A model generated the notes under the pieces. The model saw nothing but the letters and a program-made list of their open reading frames with translations. It was not told the origin of the DNA and did no database searches. The position numbers and the translations under genes are program-made. From assembly GCF_022758295.1 (NCBI RefSeq), contig NZ_JALDWJ010000007.1, positions 148,940 to 212,939 of the forward strand: a DNA stretch of 64,000 nucleotides, written 5' to 3'. The stretch comes from Lysobacter sp. CFH 32150. GTDB lineage: Bacteria; Pseudomonadota; Gammaproteobacteria; Xanthomonadales; Xanthomonadaceae. Shown here piece by piece: positions 31,439-40,744 of the stretch (its first letter is position 1; each line of letters starts with the position of its first letter).

Positions 31439-32563
31439 ATGTTCTGGAACAAGAGGATCGTGATCGGCGACGGCGAGCGCGGCCTGATGTATCGCAACCG
31501 TCGATTCGAGCGTGTGCTCACCGCGGGCGTGTACCGCATCTTCGACCCGTTGAAGCGCGTCGACATCGTCGTGCACAACATCGCCAGGCCGGAATACAAC
31601 GGCAGCGATGCCGATGCACTGATCGTCGCGCTCGGCGACAAGCTCGGCCAGACCTTCGTGCTCGCCAACTTCGGCATGCAGGAAGTCGGCCTGGTGTTGA
31701 AGAACGGCAAGCTCGAGGACGTGCTCGCACCAGGTACCCGCAAGCTGTATTGGAAGGGCCTGGTGCCGGTCGAGGTGCAGGCGGTATCGCTGGCGGACGG
31801 CCTGGAAATGCAGGCCGACGTCGTGAAGCGCCTGCGCCAGCTCGGCGTGCTCGAGAAGGTCGCGGTGTCGCTGGTCGTGCCGGCGGAGTCGGCGGGCCTG
31901 GTGTTCATCGACGGCAAGCTCGCGCGGTTGCTCGAGGCCGGTGCCTACGCCTTCTGGAACTTCCAGAAGAACGTGAGCGCCGAGGTGATCGAGTTGCGTG
32001 TGCAGTCGGTCGAGGTATCGGGCCAGGAGTTGCTGACCAAGGACAAGGTTTCGCTCCGCGTCAACCTCGCCGCCAGCATCCGCGTGACCGACCCGGTCGC
32101 CGCGCGTACCAAGGTCGCCAAGTACGGCGACTACGTGTACCGCGAGCTGCAGTACGGCCTGCGCAAGGCGATTTCCGCCAAGACGCTGGACGAGCTGCTC
32201 GGCGACAAGGCTTCGCTCGACGCCGACATCTTCGGCTACGTGCGCGGTCGCGTGAACGAGCTCGGTGTCGAAGTGCTCGGCGTGGGTGTCAAGGACGTGA
32301 TCCTGCCGGGCGAGATGAAGGAGATCCTCAACAGCGTGGTGCAGGCTTCGATGGCGGCCCAGGCCAACGTCATCCGTCGTCGTGAGGAGGCGAACGCCAC
32401 GCGTTCGTTGCTCAACACCGCCAAGCTGATCGAGGAGAGCCCGGTGCTGATGCGGTTGAAGGAGCTGGAGGCTCTGGAGAAGGTCACCGAGAAGATCGAC
32501 AAGCTCACCGTGTTCGGCGGCCTGGATGGCGTGCTGAAGCAGCTGGTCAGCTTGAAGCAGTAA
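31439..32563 (+). CDS. SPFH/Band-7 domain protein (stomatin/flotillin-like) with a C-terminal coiled coil.
   Basis: Start reset to MFWNKRIVIGDGERGLMYRN, which has an AAGGAGA RBS. An SPFH fold pattern is followed by heptad-rich KELEALEKVTEKIDKL. Confidence 0.8.
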   Translation: MFWNKRIVIGDGERGLMYRNRRFERVLTAGVYRIFDPLKRVDIVVHNIARPEYNGSDADALIVALGDKLGQTFVLANFGMQEVGLVLKNGKLEDVLAPGTRKLYWKGLVPVEVQAVSLADGLEMQADVVKRLRQLGVLEKVAVSLVVPAESAGLVFIDGKLARLLEAGAYAFWNFQKNVSAEVIELRVQSVEVSGQELLTKDKVSLRVNLAASIRVTDPVAARTKVAKYGDYVYRELQYGLRKAISAKTLDELLGDKASLDADIFGYVRGRVNELGVEVLGVGVKDVILPGEMKEILNSVVQASMAAQANVIRRREEANATRSLLNTAKLIEESPVLMRLKELEALEKVTEKIDKLTVFGGLDGVLKQLVSLKQ

Positions 32564-32620
32564 CTCGGCGCGGTCGGAGGGAACCGACTGCGTCGATCTT
32601 TAATCTAAGGAAGGACGACC

Positions 32621-33835
32621 ATGAATACGCAATACGAATTCCTGCACGCCGAAGGCGCCACGCCGATCAAGGGCTGGGTGCGCGGCGTGCCGCTGGAAAC
32701 AAAGGCGCACCAGCAACTGCAGAACATCGCCTCGCTGCCGTTCGTCGGGCCGTGGGTGGCCGTGATGCCCGACGTGCACCTCGGCATCGGCGCAACCGTC
32801 GGCTCGGTGGTGCCCACGCGCGGCGCGATCATTCCGGCCGCAGTCGGCGTCGACATCGGCTGCGGCATGGCCGCGGTACGGACCACGCTGCGCGCGAACG
32901 ACCTGCCCGATGACCTCGCGCAACTCCGCAACTCGATCGAGCGCAGCGTGCCGGTCGGCAACGGACCGGGTGGCGATCATCGTCGCATCCCGGACAGCAT
33001 CGACACGCGGCTGGAGCAATCGCACCTGATGGTGCGGCTCGACGCCATCCGCGCCAGGCATCCGAAAATCCGCCCCGACAAGGTCGACAAGCAGATCGGC
33101 ACGCTGGGCGGCGGCAATCACTTCATCGAAATCTGCCTCGACGAAGCGGACGCAGTGTGGGTGATGCTGCACTCGGGCTCGCGTGGCACCGGCAACCTGA
33201 TCGGCACCTACTTCATCGAGCTCGCGCGCAAGCAGTTGGAACAGCGCGTGCTCGGCTTCCACCTGCCGGACAGGGACCTTGCGTTCTTCCTGGAAGGCGA
33301 GCCGTTGTTCGACGACTACGTGGAAGCGGTGTCGTGGGCGCAGGACTACGCACGCAACAACCGTGAAGCGATGATGTCGCGGGTGCTGCACGAGATGCGC
33401 CACCGTTTGCCGAAGTTCCAGCTGGAGAAGCTGGCGGTGAACTGCCATCACAACTACGTGCAGCGCGAGCAACACTTTGGCGAGTCGCTGCTGGTGACGC
33501 GTAAAGGTGCGGTCAGCGCACGCGAAGGCGAACTCGGCATCATCCCGGGCAGCATGGGCACGTGCAGCTACATCGTGCGTGGCCTCGGCAACGCGGACAG
33601 CTTCCACAGCTGCAGTCACGGCGCCGGGCGCGTGATGAGCCGGACCCAGGCGCGCCAGCAGATCACGCTGAAGCAGCACCGCGAGGCCACGGCCCATGTG
33701 GAATGCCGCAAGGACGCGAGCGTGATCGACGAATCGCCGGCCGCCTACAAGTCGATCGACGCGGTGATGGCCGCGCAGGCCGACCTGGTGGAAGTGGTGC
33801 ACACCTTGCGTCAGGTGGTGTGCATCAAGGGTTGA
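32621..33835 (+). CDS. rtcB: RtcB-family RNA 3'-phosphate ligase.
   Basis: 404 aa with conserved metal and GMP-binding histidines (GGNHFIE, MLHSGSRGTGN, CHHNY, HGAGR). Confidence 0.9.
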   Translation: MNTQYEFLHAEGATPIKGWVRGVPLETKAHQQLQNIASLPFVGPWVAVMPDVHLGIGATVGSVVPTRGAIIPAAVGVDIGCGMAAVRTTLRANDLPDDLAQLRNSIERSVPVGNGPGGDHRRIPDSIDTRLEQSHLMVRLDAIRARHPKIRPDKVDKQIGTLGGGNHFIEICLDEADAVWVMLHSGSRGTGNLIGTYFIELARKQLEQRVLGFHLPDRDLAFFLEGEPLFDDYVEAVSWAQDYARNNREAMMSRVLHEMRHRLPKFQLEKLAVNCHHNYVQREQHFGESLLVTRKGAVSAREGELGIIPGSMGTCSYIVRGLGNADSFHSCSHGAGRVMSRTQARQQITLKQHREATAHVECRKDASVIDESPAAYKSIDAVMAAQADLVEVVHTLRQVVCIKG

Positions 33836-33837
33836 AC

Positions 33838-33868
33838 CACGCCGCTCCGGATGGGGCGGCGTTTTTTA
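33838..33868 (+). terminator. Intrinsic terminator ccgctccggatggggcggcgtttttta after rtcB.
   Basis: Stem followed by a U-run. Confidence 0.7.
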
Positions 33869-33930
33869 TATGCGTCGACAAAAGAACGGCGACGATGTCC
33901 GTCGCCGTTCTCAGGGCTACCGACTATGGA

Positions 33931-34380
33931 TCAACGCGCCGGCTTGATATGGAAAGAGCCGACATCGACGCCGATGTTCACGCCTTCGCCGCTGCCGGCC
34001 AAGGCGAGCGACACCGTGCCCTTGGTGAGCAGGTTCGTCTCGGCGGACTTGACGATGCCAGCACTCGCGCCAGCCTGGGCGTAGCGTCCGTACACTTCCT
34101 TGATGTTGTGCACATCGGTGAAGCGGCCGTTGCCGTTGTCGATCTTCCATTTGCCCGCGGTCAGGCCGAGGCCCTTGGCGGTGATGCGCACCGGCAGTGT
34201 CTCGCCGTTCTCGCAGCGCACCGTGCCGGTGCCACTGGCGTGCTTGTAGACCAGCGACCAGTTGGTGAGCTGGTAATCCAGCTTGCAGTCGAGGTCGTTG
34301 CCAGCGTAGGCCTGGGTGGAGAAGGCCAAGCCGGTCGCGCACGCGATCGATGCGAGCGTTGCGATCATGGTCTTTTTCAT
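33931..34380 (-). CDS. Hypothetical secreted protein (149 aa, signal peptide).
   Basis: MKKTMIATLASIACATGLAFSTQAYA signal. Two cysteines are present. Confidence 0.55.
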   Translation of the reverse strand: MKKTMIATLASIACATGLAFSTQAYAGNDLDCKLDYQLTNWSLVYKHASGTGTVRCENGETLPVRITAKGLGLTAGKWKIDNGNGRFTDVHNIKEVYGRYAQAGASAGIVKSAETNLLTKGTVSLALAGSGEGVNIGVDVGSFHIKPAR

Positions 34381-34552
34381 GTTGCCTCCTCTGTATGTGT
34401 TCTTTGTAGAACACGCGCACAGTGTCCACCTTGCGCCTGAACCTCATGAAACGGCGCGCGTTTTCTTCAGCGCAATGTCGATGAGTTGATCGTGGCGTGA
34501 AAAAGAAACGGCGGCCGAAAGGCCGCCGTCTGCATCACGCCATGTTGACGAA

Positions 34553-35359
34553 TCAGAACGCGTGCGAGAACGACACGCCGCCGCCCCAGTCCGGGCTGCC
34601 ATCGGACAAGCCCTTGGTGGCGTACACCTGCCACTTGCTCGCCTCGCTGGCCTTGACGCTGTAGAAGCCGGTGATCTCGCTGCGATCGTCGCTGGTGGTG
34701 GTCGCCGCTTCGCGCCAGTCGTACATCACGCCGAAGCTGTTGCCTTCGCCGACGGCCCAACTCAGGCCGGCATTCGCGCCCCACACGCTGTCGGCATCGA
34801 TGAATTCCGAATCGCCGAGCACCGTATGCGAGACGCCGCCAAACACCGTGGTGCCACCGACGTCGCCATAGAGGTCGAGGGCGATCCCATAATCGTTCTC
34901 GCCGGTGCCCAGGCCCTTGTCTTCATCGGCGGTGGCGATCTTGGCGTTCGCGGTGAGATCGACGCCGACCGCGCCTTCGGTGTTGAACGCATAGGTCGCC
35001 GCCAGGCGCAGGTCGCCGATACCGGAAGCGGTGCCGGTTTCGGTGCCGGTCGGTGCAGTGTTGCCACCACGGCCGCGGCCGCGCGGATTCGAGTTGCCGA
35101 CATTGCCCAGGCCCGGCACGACGCTGGCGTCGCCATCGATGCGCATCCACGGCACGCTCGCCTTCCAGGTCCAGTTGCCGCTGTTGTACTTGAAGGTCAG
35201 CGGCACCGAGGTGATCTCGGTGGTGGTGTCGGTGCCGTAATCGCCGCTGCTGTAATCGACGCCAATGCCGAACGAAGGACCATCCTCGGCGTAGGCGGCG
35301 CTGGCTGCCAACACGCCCGCGCACAGGATTGCAGCACTCTTGATTGAAACGGACTTCAT
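34553..35359 (-). CDS. Outer-membrane beta-barrel protein (MetA-pathway/OmpP1-like transporter family).
   Basis: Signal peptide, Gly/Thr-rich amphipathic strands and a C-terminal aromatic ...SFSHAF. Start reset to MKSVSIK. Confidence 0.65.
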   Translation of the reverse strand: MKSVSIKSAAILCAGVLAASAAYAEDGPSFGIGVDYSSGDYGTDTTTEITSVPLTFKYNSGNWTWKASVPWMRIDGDASVVPGLGNVGNSNPRGRGRGGNTAPTGTETGTASGIGDLRLAATYAFNTEGAVGVDLTANAKIATADEDKGLGTGENDYGIALDLYGDVGGTTVFGGVSHTVLGDSEFIDADSVWGANAGLSWAVGEGNSFGVMYDWREAATTTSDDRSEITGFYSVKASEASKWQVYATKGLSDGSPDWGGGVSFSHAF

Positions 35360-35429
35360 CGGAACTCCCCTATGGATTGACAGCAAGACGGGCGCCGTTG
35401 GGCGCCCGTCGTCATGACGAAACTATGGA

Positions 35430-36257
35430 TTACGGACGACCGCCGCGCTCGGGCTTGCTCGGACGTTCCGGGCGCTCGGGCTTGCTCGGACGCTCGACGC
35501 GCTCCGGGCGACTCGGACGATCGACCTTGGCGACGCGTTCCGGCTTGCCATGGTCGGCCTTGGCGCTGCGCTCGGCCTTCGCGGTGCGATCGGTCTTGCC
35601 CTTGGCGGTGTCGCTCTTGCCCTTGGCCTTGGCGGTGGTTTCCGTGGTGGTGGCGTCGGTTTCCTCATCGCTGGTGGTCGGGGTCTTGCCCTTGCCCACC
35701 ACTGAACCAAGCTTGAAACCCAACTCCTTGGCGATCTTGCCCCAACCCATGCCGTCGGCGCGCATCTGCAGGAGGCCGTCGGTGGTCGTGACGGTGCCAT
35801 CAGCGTTGGTGACCGAGGTACCCGTCAGCGCTTCATCGAGGCTTGCCGCATCGCCGGAGGCGATCAGCTTTTCGGCCATCGCCAGGGTGATATTCACTTC
35901 ACCCCAACCCATCGGGCCATTTGGGTTTTCGATGGTTGCGGTGGTCGTCACCGTTTCGAACTTGAGACTGCCGTCCGGGTTGGTGGCCTGGGTGCCGTCC
36001 GCGTTGAGGACGGGCTTGGTTTCCGTCGTGGTGGTGGTGAAATCACCGCCGCTGCGCAGGTCGGTCACGATGTCCGTCGCATCTTCCGGGAAACCTTCGA
36101 CACCGGAATAGCGATCGACGAGGCGATCCTTCGGCACGCTGGCATCGGTTTCGACCGTGTTGTCGGTCGCGGTGTCCTGCGCGAACGCAGGTACGGCCGC
36201 GAACAGCGCAAAGCTCAGCGCGGCCGGCAGCAACAGGATCTTCGTCTTCACGTTCAT
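35430..36257 (-). CDS. Secreted protein with a Thr/Asp-rich body and a C-terminal basic tandem repeat ((P)ERPSKPER)n.
   Basis: Signal peptide MNVKTKILLLPAALSFALFAAVPAFA. The DNA at 35440-35560 contains imperfect tandem repeats of about 18 bp. Confidence 0.55.
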   Translation of the reverse strand: MNVKTKILLLPAALSFALFAAVPAFAQDTATDNTVETDASVPKDRLVDRYSGVEGFPEDATDIVTDLRSGGDFTTTTTETKPVLNADGTQATNPDGSLKFETVTTTATIENPNGPMGWGEVNITLAMAEKLIASGDAASLDEALTGTSVTNADGTVTTTDGLLQMRADGMGWGKIAKELGFKLGSVVGKGKTPTTSDEETDATTTETTAKAKGKSDTAKGKTDRTAKAERSAKADHGKPERVAKVDRPSRPERVERPSKPERPERPSKPERGGRP

Positions 36258-36452
36258 GGCATAGGTCCTTTTTTGACCGAACTGGGAAGCCGTCTGGGAA
36301 CATCGGCTGGCGCAACGATGCGCGGCGAAGAGCACTGCGACAAGGCATTTCAGGCGTCGCGTTCAGTCTAGGTTCGAGCTGACCGCGAATGCGTGACAGA
36401 GCGCACGTCAGCTTCGTGTCGCGTTACTCTGCACGCCCTTCGATCGCGCGTG

Positions 36453-37001
36453 ATGTTCATGAATGAGGCTCACGAAGACGCCATCGGCGCGACCCGGCAC
36501 TGGCTCGAACGCGCGGTGATCGGGCTGAACTTGTGCCCGTTCGCGAAGGCGGTGTACGCCAAGCAGCAGGTGCGCTTCGTGCTCAGCATGGCGACGACTC
36601 CGGAAGCATTGCTGGAGGAGCTCGGCAACGAACTCGTGCTGTTGCGCGACACGCCTGCGGAGGAAATCGACACGACCTTGCTGATTCACCCGCAAGTGTT
36701 GGGCGAGTTCCTCGACTACAACGATTTCCTCGACGATGCCGATGCGCTGATCGAGGCGCTGGAACTAGACGGTGAGATCCAGGTCGCCAGCTTCCACCCG
36801 CAGTATCAGTTTGCCGGCACCGACCCCGACGATATCGAGAACTGCAGCAATCGTTCGCCATATCCGATGCTGCACCTGCTACGCGAGGACAGCGTGGCGC
36901 GTGCGGTGGAGGCATTTCCTGACCCGGATGCGATCGTGGAGCGCAATCTCGAGACGTTGCGCCGGCTCGGCCGCGACGGCTGGGAAAAACTGCTCCTGTA
37001 G
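36453..37001 (+). CDS. DUF1415-family protein.
   Basis: N-terminal VIGLNLCPFAKAVY and overall similarity to DUF1415. Start at MFMNEAHED. Confidence 0.6.
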   Translation: MFMNEAHEDAIGATRHWLERAVIGLNLCPFAKAVYAKQQVRFVLSMATTPEALLEELGNELVLLRDTPAEEIDTTLLIHPQVLGEFLDYNDFLDDADALIEALELDGEIQVASFHPQYQFAGTDPDDIENCSNRSPYPMLHLLREDSVARAVEAFPDPDAIVERNLETLRRLGRDGWEKLLL

Positions 37002-37120
37002 GAGCGACGTAAGTCGCGAGCTTTCGGTCGCTGAAGCAATCGCGACTTACGTCGCTCCCACAAGGGGCGAGCTTTTCGGTGGTCGAAGCAGTCGCGACTT
37101 ACGTCGCTCCCACAGGGGTG
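36994..37120. repeat. Two REP family B copies (gtaggagcgacgtaagtcgcga...tcgcgacttacgtcgctcccaca, twice).
   Basis: Read directly. The second copy overlaps the 3' end of rsuA. Confidence 0.7.
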
Positions 37121-37812
37121 AACAGGCGATCCAGGTCGCCCGCATCCAACGCACGCCAATCACCGGATGGCAGATCGCCAAGTTCCAGCCCGCCGATCCG
37201 GCTGCGATGTAGTGCGGTGACATGGTTGCCAACCGCGGCAAACATCCGTCGCACCTGGTGGTAGCGGCCTTCGGTGAGCGTCAGCGCTGCATGGCGCGGA
37301 TCGACGACTTCCAATCTCGCCGGCGCCAGCGGCGTCGGTTCCGATTCCAGCAGCAACGTGCCGCTGGCGAAGAGGCCTGCTTCGTCGCCACGCAGATCGT
37401 GCGCCAACGTCGCTTCGTACACCTTCGACAACTGCGATTTCGGCGACACTATCCGGTGCAGCAGCGCACCATCGTCGGTCAGCAGCAACAGGCCGCTGGT
37501 GTCGCGATCCAGCCGCCCCACCGTCGACAGCAGCGGCGAGCGCAGGCGATAGCGCGGCGGCAGCAGGTCATACACGATGCGGCCGGGATCCTTGGTCGAG
37601 CACGTGTAGCCGACGGGCTTGTGCAGCATCAGCACCAGCCCGGCGGGCGGATCCAGCGGTTCGCCGTCGATGCGGATGTCGGCGTGGCTCACTTTGTCGT
37701 CGGCGTACAGCACTTCGCCCTGCGGATCGGTGATGCGGCCTTCGCGGAACATCAGGGCCACATCCTTGCGGCTGCCGTAGCCGAGGTTGGCGATCAGCTT
37801 CACCAGTTTCAT
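37099..37812 (-). CDS. rsuA: 16S rRNA pseudouridine synthase RsuA (S4 domain plus RluA/RsuA catalytic domain).
   Basis: N-terminal MKLVKLIANLGYGSRKDV (S4), catalytic-aspartate context GRLDRDTSGLLLLTDDG, and RYHQVRRM. Confidence 0.85.
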   Translation of the reverse strand: MKLVKLIANLGYGSRKDVALMFREGRITDPQGEVLYADDKVSHADIRIDGEPLDPPAGLVLMLHKPVGYTCSTKDPGRIVYDLLPPRYRLRSPLLSTVGRLDRDTSGLLLLTDDGALLHRIVSPKSQLSKVYEATLAHDLRGDEAGLFASGTLLLESEPTPLAPARLEVVDPRHAALTLTEGRYHQVRRMFAAVGNHVTALHRSRIGGLELGDLPSGDWRALDAGDLDRLFTPVGAT

Positions 37813-38858
37813 CGCGTGGCCTTCACTGCTTCGATCACCTTGAACCCGTCCTGCTGCGCGACGATGCGCACGCGGCCGAAATTCGCATCCAGCACGGATT
37901 CGTACGGCAGGTGCCGGTTGGCGACCAGCCATAACCGTCCGCCCGGCTTGAGCGCTTCGGCTGCTGCGGCAATGAAGCGGCGGCCAATATCGGGCCGGTC
38001 GGCACGGCCCTGTGCGTGGAACGGTGGATTGCTGACGATGAAGTCGTAACGCTGCGGCAAACCGGTGGTCACGTCATGCCAATGGAAGCCGAGCGTGGCA
38101 CGTGCCGCATGCACTGCGAGATTCGCGCGGGCCAGTTGCAGCGCCCGTGCTTCGGCCTCGTACAGATCGAGCGCGGTCACGGCGGGGCAATGCGCCAGCA
38201 CTTCCGTTGCGAGATAGCCGTAGCCTGCCCCCAGGTCCGCGCCGCAGCCGGCGAAATCGTGCGGCAGGTGCGCGGCCAACAAGGCCGAGGCACGATCGAT
38301 GCGATCCCAGGCGAACACGCCGGGACGGCTGAGGTACCGACCGTCGAGGATCGGGCGCGGTGCATCCAGCGCGCGCCATTCCGCCGCCAGCGCCGGATCG
38401 ACTGCGCCTCGCGGAGGCTGCGTCCAGAACACCCGGCAATGGTTTTTCGACAACGTCTGCACTGGTCCGGCGATGCGGACCAGGTCGGCTTCGCCGGATT
38501 TGGCGCCTTCGCTGTTGGGCATGCAGGCGATCACGGTGCCACCCGCTTGCGTGCGTTCGAGCGCACGCGCGAACAAGGCGCGCGCTTCCTCGCGCTGGCG
38601 CGGCGGTAGCAGCAAGACCAGCGGATAGGTCGCGCGGTCGTCCTCGTCCATCAGCGTGCCGCCGGAATGCTGCAAGGCATCGGCTTCAGGCTTGAAGCTC
38701 TGTTCGCACACCAGCCCCGGCAACGCGCGCTGGTGCAGCGGCCAGCCGTCGCGTGCGCGCAGGAACAAGGCGCCGCCCGCCTGCGGCCACGCCAATGCGC
38801 CCGTCACGAACGGGAGCATCAGGGTTTCGAGCGCGGGATCGCCGTGGTCAGTCGCCAC
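37809..38858 (-). CDS. rsmC: 16S rRNA (guanine-N2) methyltransferase, RsmC/RlmG-like class I SAM MTase.
   Basis: C-terminal MTase domain with DLGAGYGYL and NPPFH motifs. It overlaps the rsuA start by ATGA. Confidence 0.75.
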   Translation of the reverse strand: MATDHGDPALETLMLPFVTGALAWPQAGGALFLRARDGWPLHQRALPGLVCEQSFKPEADALQHSGGTLMDEDDRATYPLVLLLPPRQREEARALFARALERTQAGGTVIACMPNSEGAKSGEADLVRIAGPVQTLSKNHCRVFWTQPPRGAVDPALAAEWRALDAPRPILDGRYLSRPGVFAWDRIDRASALLAAHLPHDFAGCGADLGAGYGYLATEVLAHCPAVTALDLYEAEARALQLARANLAVHAARATLGFHWHDVTTGLPQRYDFIVSNPPFHAQGRADRPDIGRRFIAAAAEALKPGGRLWLVANRHLPYESVLDANFGRVRIVAQQDGFKVIEAVKATR

Positions 38859-38903
38859 GGCACGAGGAAACGGAGGACATGCCGCGATTTTACGCGGCAG
38901 GAC

Positions 38904-39329
38904 TCAGGCGTGGTGCCGGCTCGACGTGTTGCGCACCTGCTCGACCAGCCACGAAGCACCAACGCAGGCAGCCAAGGCCATGGCCCAATTGAGCGCGACG
39001 CCCGAGGACAACGGCAGCAACTCCGCGATCGCCGGCCACCAGCTTTGTCCATACAGCGCCGCAACCACCGCCCCGGACAGGGCCATCAGGGTCACCAGCG
39101 CGCGCATCAGGCCTTGCTCGACCCGCGTATCGAGGGGCGCGTTCTGCACCTGTGCGGCCAGTGTTCGCGCGAAGTCCGCTGGCAGCGCATCCGGCAATGG
39201 CTGTCGCAACGCGCGGGCGATCACGCGATAGCGGGAGACCAGCGGGTCGTTGGTGCTGGCCGCGCCCGCGCGCTCGTCCTGCAGTGCGCGCTCCTGTGCC
39301 AGCCATTCGTTGTCTTTGTCGATGTTCAT
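38904..39329 (-). CDS. Putative anti-sigma factor (141 aa, C-terminal TM), coupled to the ECF sigma gene.
   Basis: ATGA overlap with the upstream ECF sigma. Hydrophobic segment LMALSGAVVAALYGQSWW. Confidence 0.5.
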   Translation of the reverse strand: MNIDKDNEWLAQERALQDERAGAASTNDPLVSRYRVIARALRQPLPDALPADFARTLAAQVQNAPLDTRVEQGLMRALVTLMALSGAVVAALYGQSWWPAIAELLPLSSGVALNWAMALAACVGASWLVEQVRNTSSRHHA

Positions 39330-39892
39330 GCGGCGACTCCTATCCGCGGTTCCAGCGCTTCACGCAGGCGCAGGCGGGTGCGGAACAGATGACTCTTGAT
39401 GGTGCCTTCGGCGAGGCCGGTGATCCTGGCGATCTCGCTGATCGGCACTTCATCCAGGTGATACAGCGTCAACAGCGTGCGCTGCAAGGGTGGCAGGCGT
39501 TCGATCTCGGCGTGCAGGCTGCGGGCGATTTCCTCGTCGGCGCAGGCGGCTTCGAGGTCGAACCCGTCGCCAACGCTTTCCAGCAGCGACAGCCCATCCT
39601 CGTCCGCAGTCGGTTCCAGCAGTGGAATGCGCTTGCGCTCCAGGTGGCGCTTGGCCACCGAATAGGCCACCTGCCCGATCCACGACTTCAGCGCGCTCTC
39701 GTAACGGTACTGGTGCAGGCACTGGTGCACGCGCAGGAATGTGTCCTGGCACAGCTCGCGGGTATCGTCGGGGTGCCGGACCATCCGTTGGATGATGTGC
39801 CAGCACAGGCCCTGGTACTCGCGCACCAGGCGCTCGAACGCGCCCGGCGCATTGGCCAGCACGGCATCCACCAGGGCGCGGTCTTCACTCAT
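39326..39892 (-). CDS. ECF-family RNA polymerase sigma factor.
   Basis: Region 2 (FLRVHQCLHQYRYESALKSWIGQVAYSV) and region 4 (LPPLQRTLLTLYHLDEVPISEIARITGLAEGTIKSHLFRTR). Confidence 0.85.
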   Translation of the reverse strand: MSEDRALVDAVLANAPGAFERLVREYQGLCWHIIQRMVRHPDDTRELCQDTFLRVHQCLHQYRYESALKSWIGQVAYSVAKRHLERKRIPLLEPTADEDGLSLLESVGDGFDLEAACADEEIARSLHAEIERLPPLQRTLLTLYHLDEVPISEIARITGLAEGTIKSHLFRTRLRLREALEPRIGVAA

Positions 39893-40015
39893 TCCCGTCT
39901 GGATACGCCCAGGAGGCGTCCGGTTGCAATCACCCGATTACGGCCTGGCTGCAACCGGCTCTTGCCTGCCCGTATCTCTAGCCCCGTAACCCCAAAAACC
40001 CTGCGGAGCCCACCC

Positions 40016-40351
40016 ATGAATTTCGAAATCCTGATTCCCATCACCCTGTTCATCTGCATCACCTATGCGATCAAGGCCGTGGTCGACGCCCGCTTCCGCC
40101 GGCAGATGGTCCAGTCCAACGGCTCGCAGGACCTGATCCGCGCCATGCTGCAAGGCGAAGAGGCGCGCCAGCGCCACGGTTCGCTGCGCTGGGGCATCAC
40201 CCTGGTGGCGGTTGCGCTGGGCTTCGGTCTGATCGAAGCGGCCGGCTGGACCGAAATCACCCCGGGCGTGATCGCCGTGCTTGCCGGCGCCACCGGCTTG
40301 GGCAACCTCGCCTTCTATGCGCTGTCGCGCAAGATGGGTCTGAACGCCTGA
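40016..40351 (+). CDS. Small membrane protein (111 aa, three TMs), divergent from the ECF sigma gene.
   Basis: MNFEILIPITLFICITYAIKAVV..., within the long track ORF 39152..40351. Confidence 0.55.
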   Translation: MNFEILIPITLFICITYAIKAVVDARFRRQMVQSNGSQDLIRAMLQGEEARQRHGSLRWGITLVAVALGFGLIEAAGWTEITPGVIAVLAGATGLGNLAFYALSRKMGLNA

Positions 40352-40374
40352 TCGCGCTATCGAGGCTTCGCATC

Positions 40375-40669
40375 CGCAACGCCGCACCAGGGCCTGTTAA
40401 CGCTATCCGAGCAGGTCGCGCCGGGCCTGACGGCGTGCGAGGCAAGGAAGAGCGAGGGCGCGTATGTCGATACGCAACCGAGTGATGACGCGGCATCGCG
40501 CGTCCTCAGGCCCGGCCCTCCGGGTTGCTCCTCAGTGGCCGCCAGCCGGCGCCGCGCGCCTTGTCCTTGCAGCAAGCAAGGCGCTGCGGCACGCAACACC
40601 ACCTGGCAGCCACTGAGGAGCAACGCGACCTGCTCGGATAGCGTTAACAGGCCCTGGTGCGGCGTTGCG
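40375..40669. mobile_element. MITE-like element copy 2. The core (40390-40655) is bounded by GGGCCTGTTAACGCTATCCGAGCAGGTCGCG TIRs, extended to 46-bp inverted repeats.
   Basis: TIRs read directly. The internal region is about 80% identical to copy 1 (inverted) and includes a long hairpin with compensatory changes. Confidence 0.6.
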
Positions 40670-40744
40670 TCGCTAACACCGGCTTTATGAAATCGCAACA
40701 TCGTTGGCGTCACCATGCTCGCGAACCCACCCTGGAGCAAAGCG

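Noticed and set aside
35440-35560. Possible CRISPR array (short tandem repeats)
   Set aside because: The repeats are imperfect, contiguous (no spacers), in-frame coding DNA for a PERPSKPER protein repeat. There are no cas genes.
39152-40015. First 288 codons of the ORF 39152..40351
   Set aside because: Antisense to the ECF sigma and anti-sigma genes. Only the final 111 codons (40016-40351) form a plausible small membrane protein.
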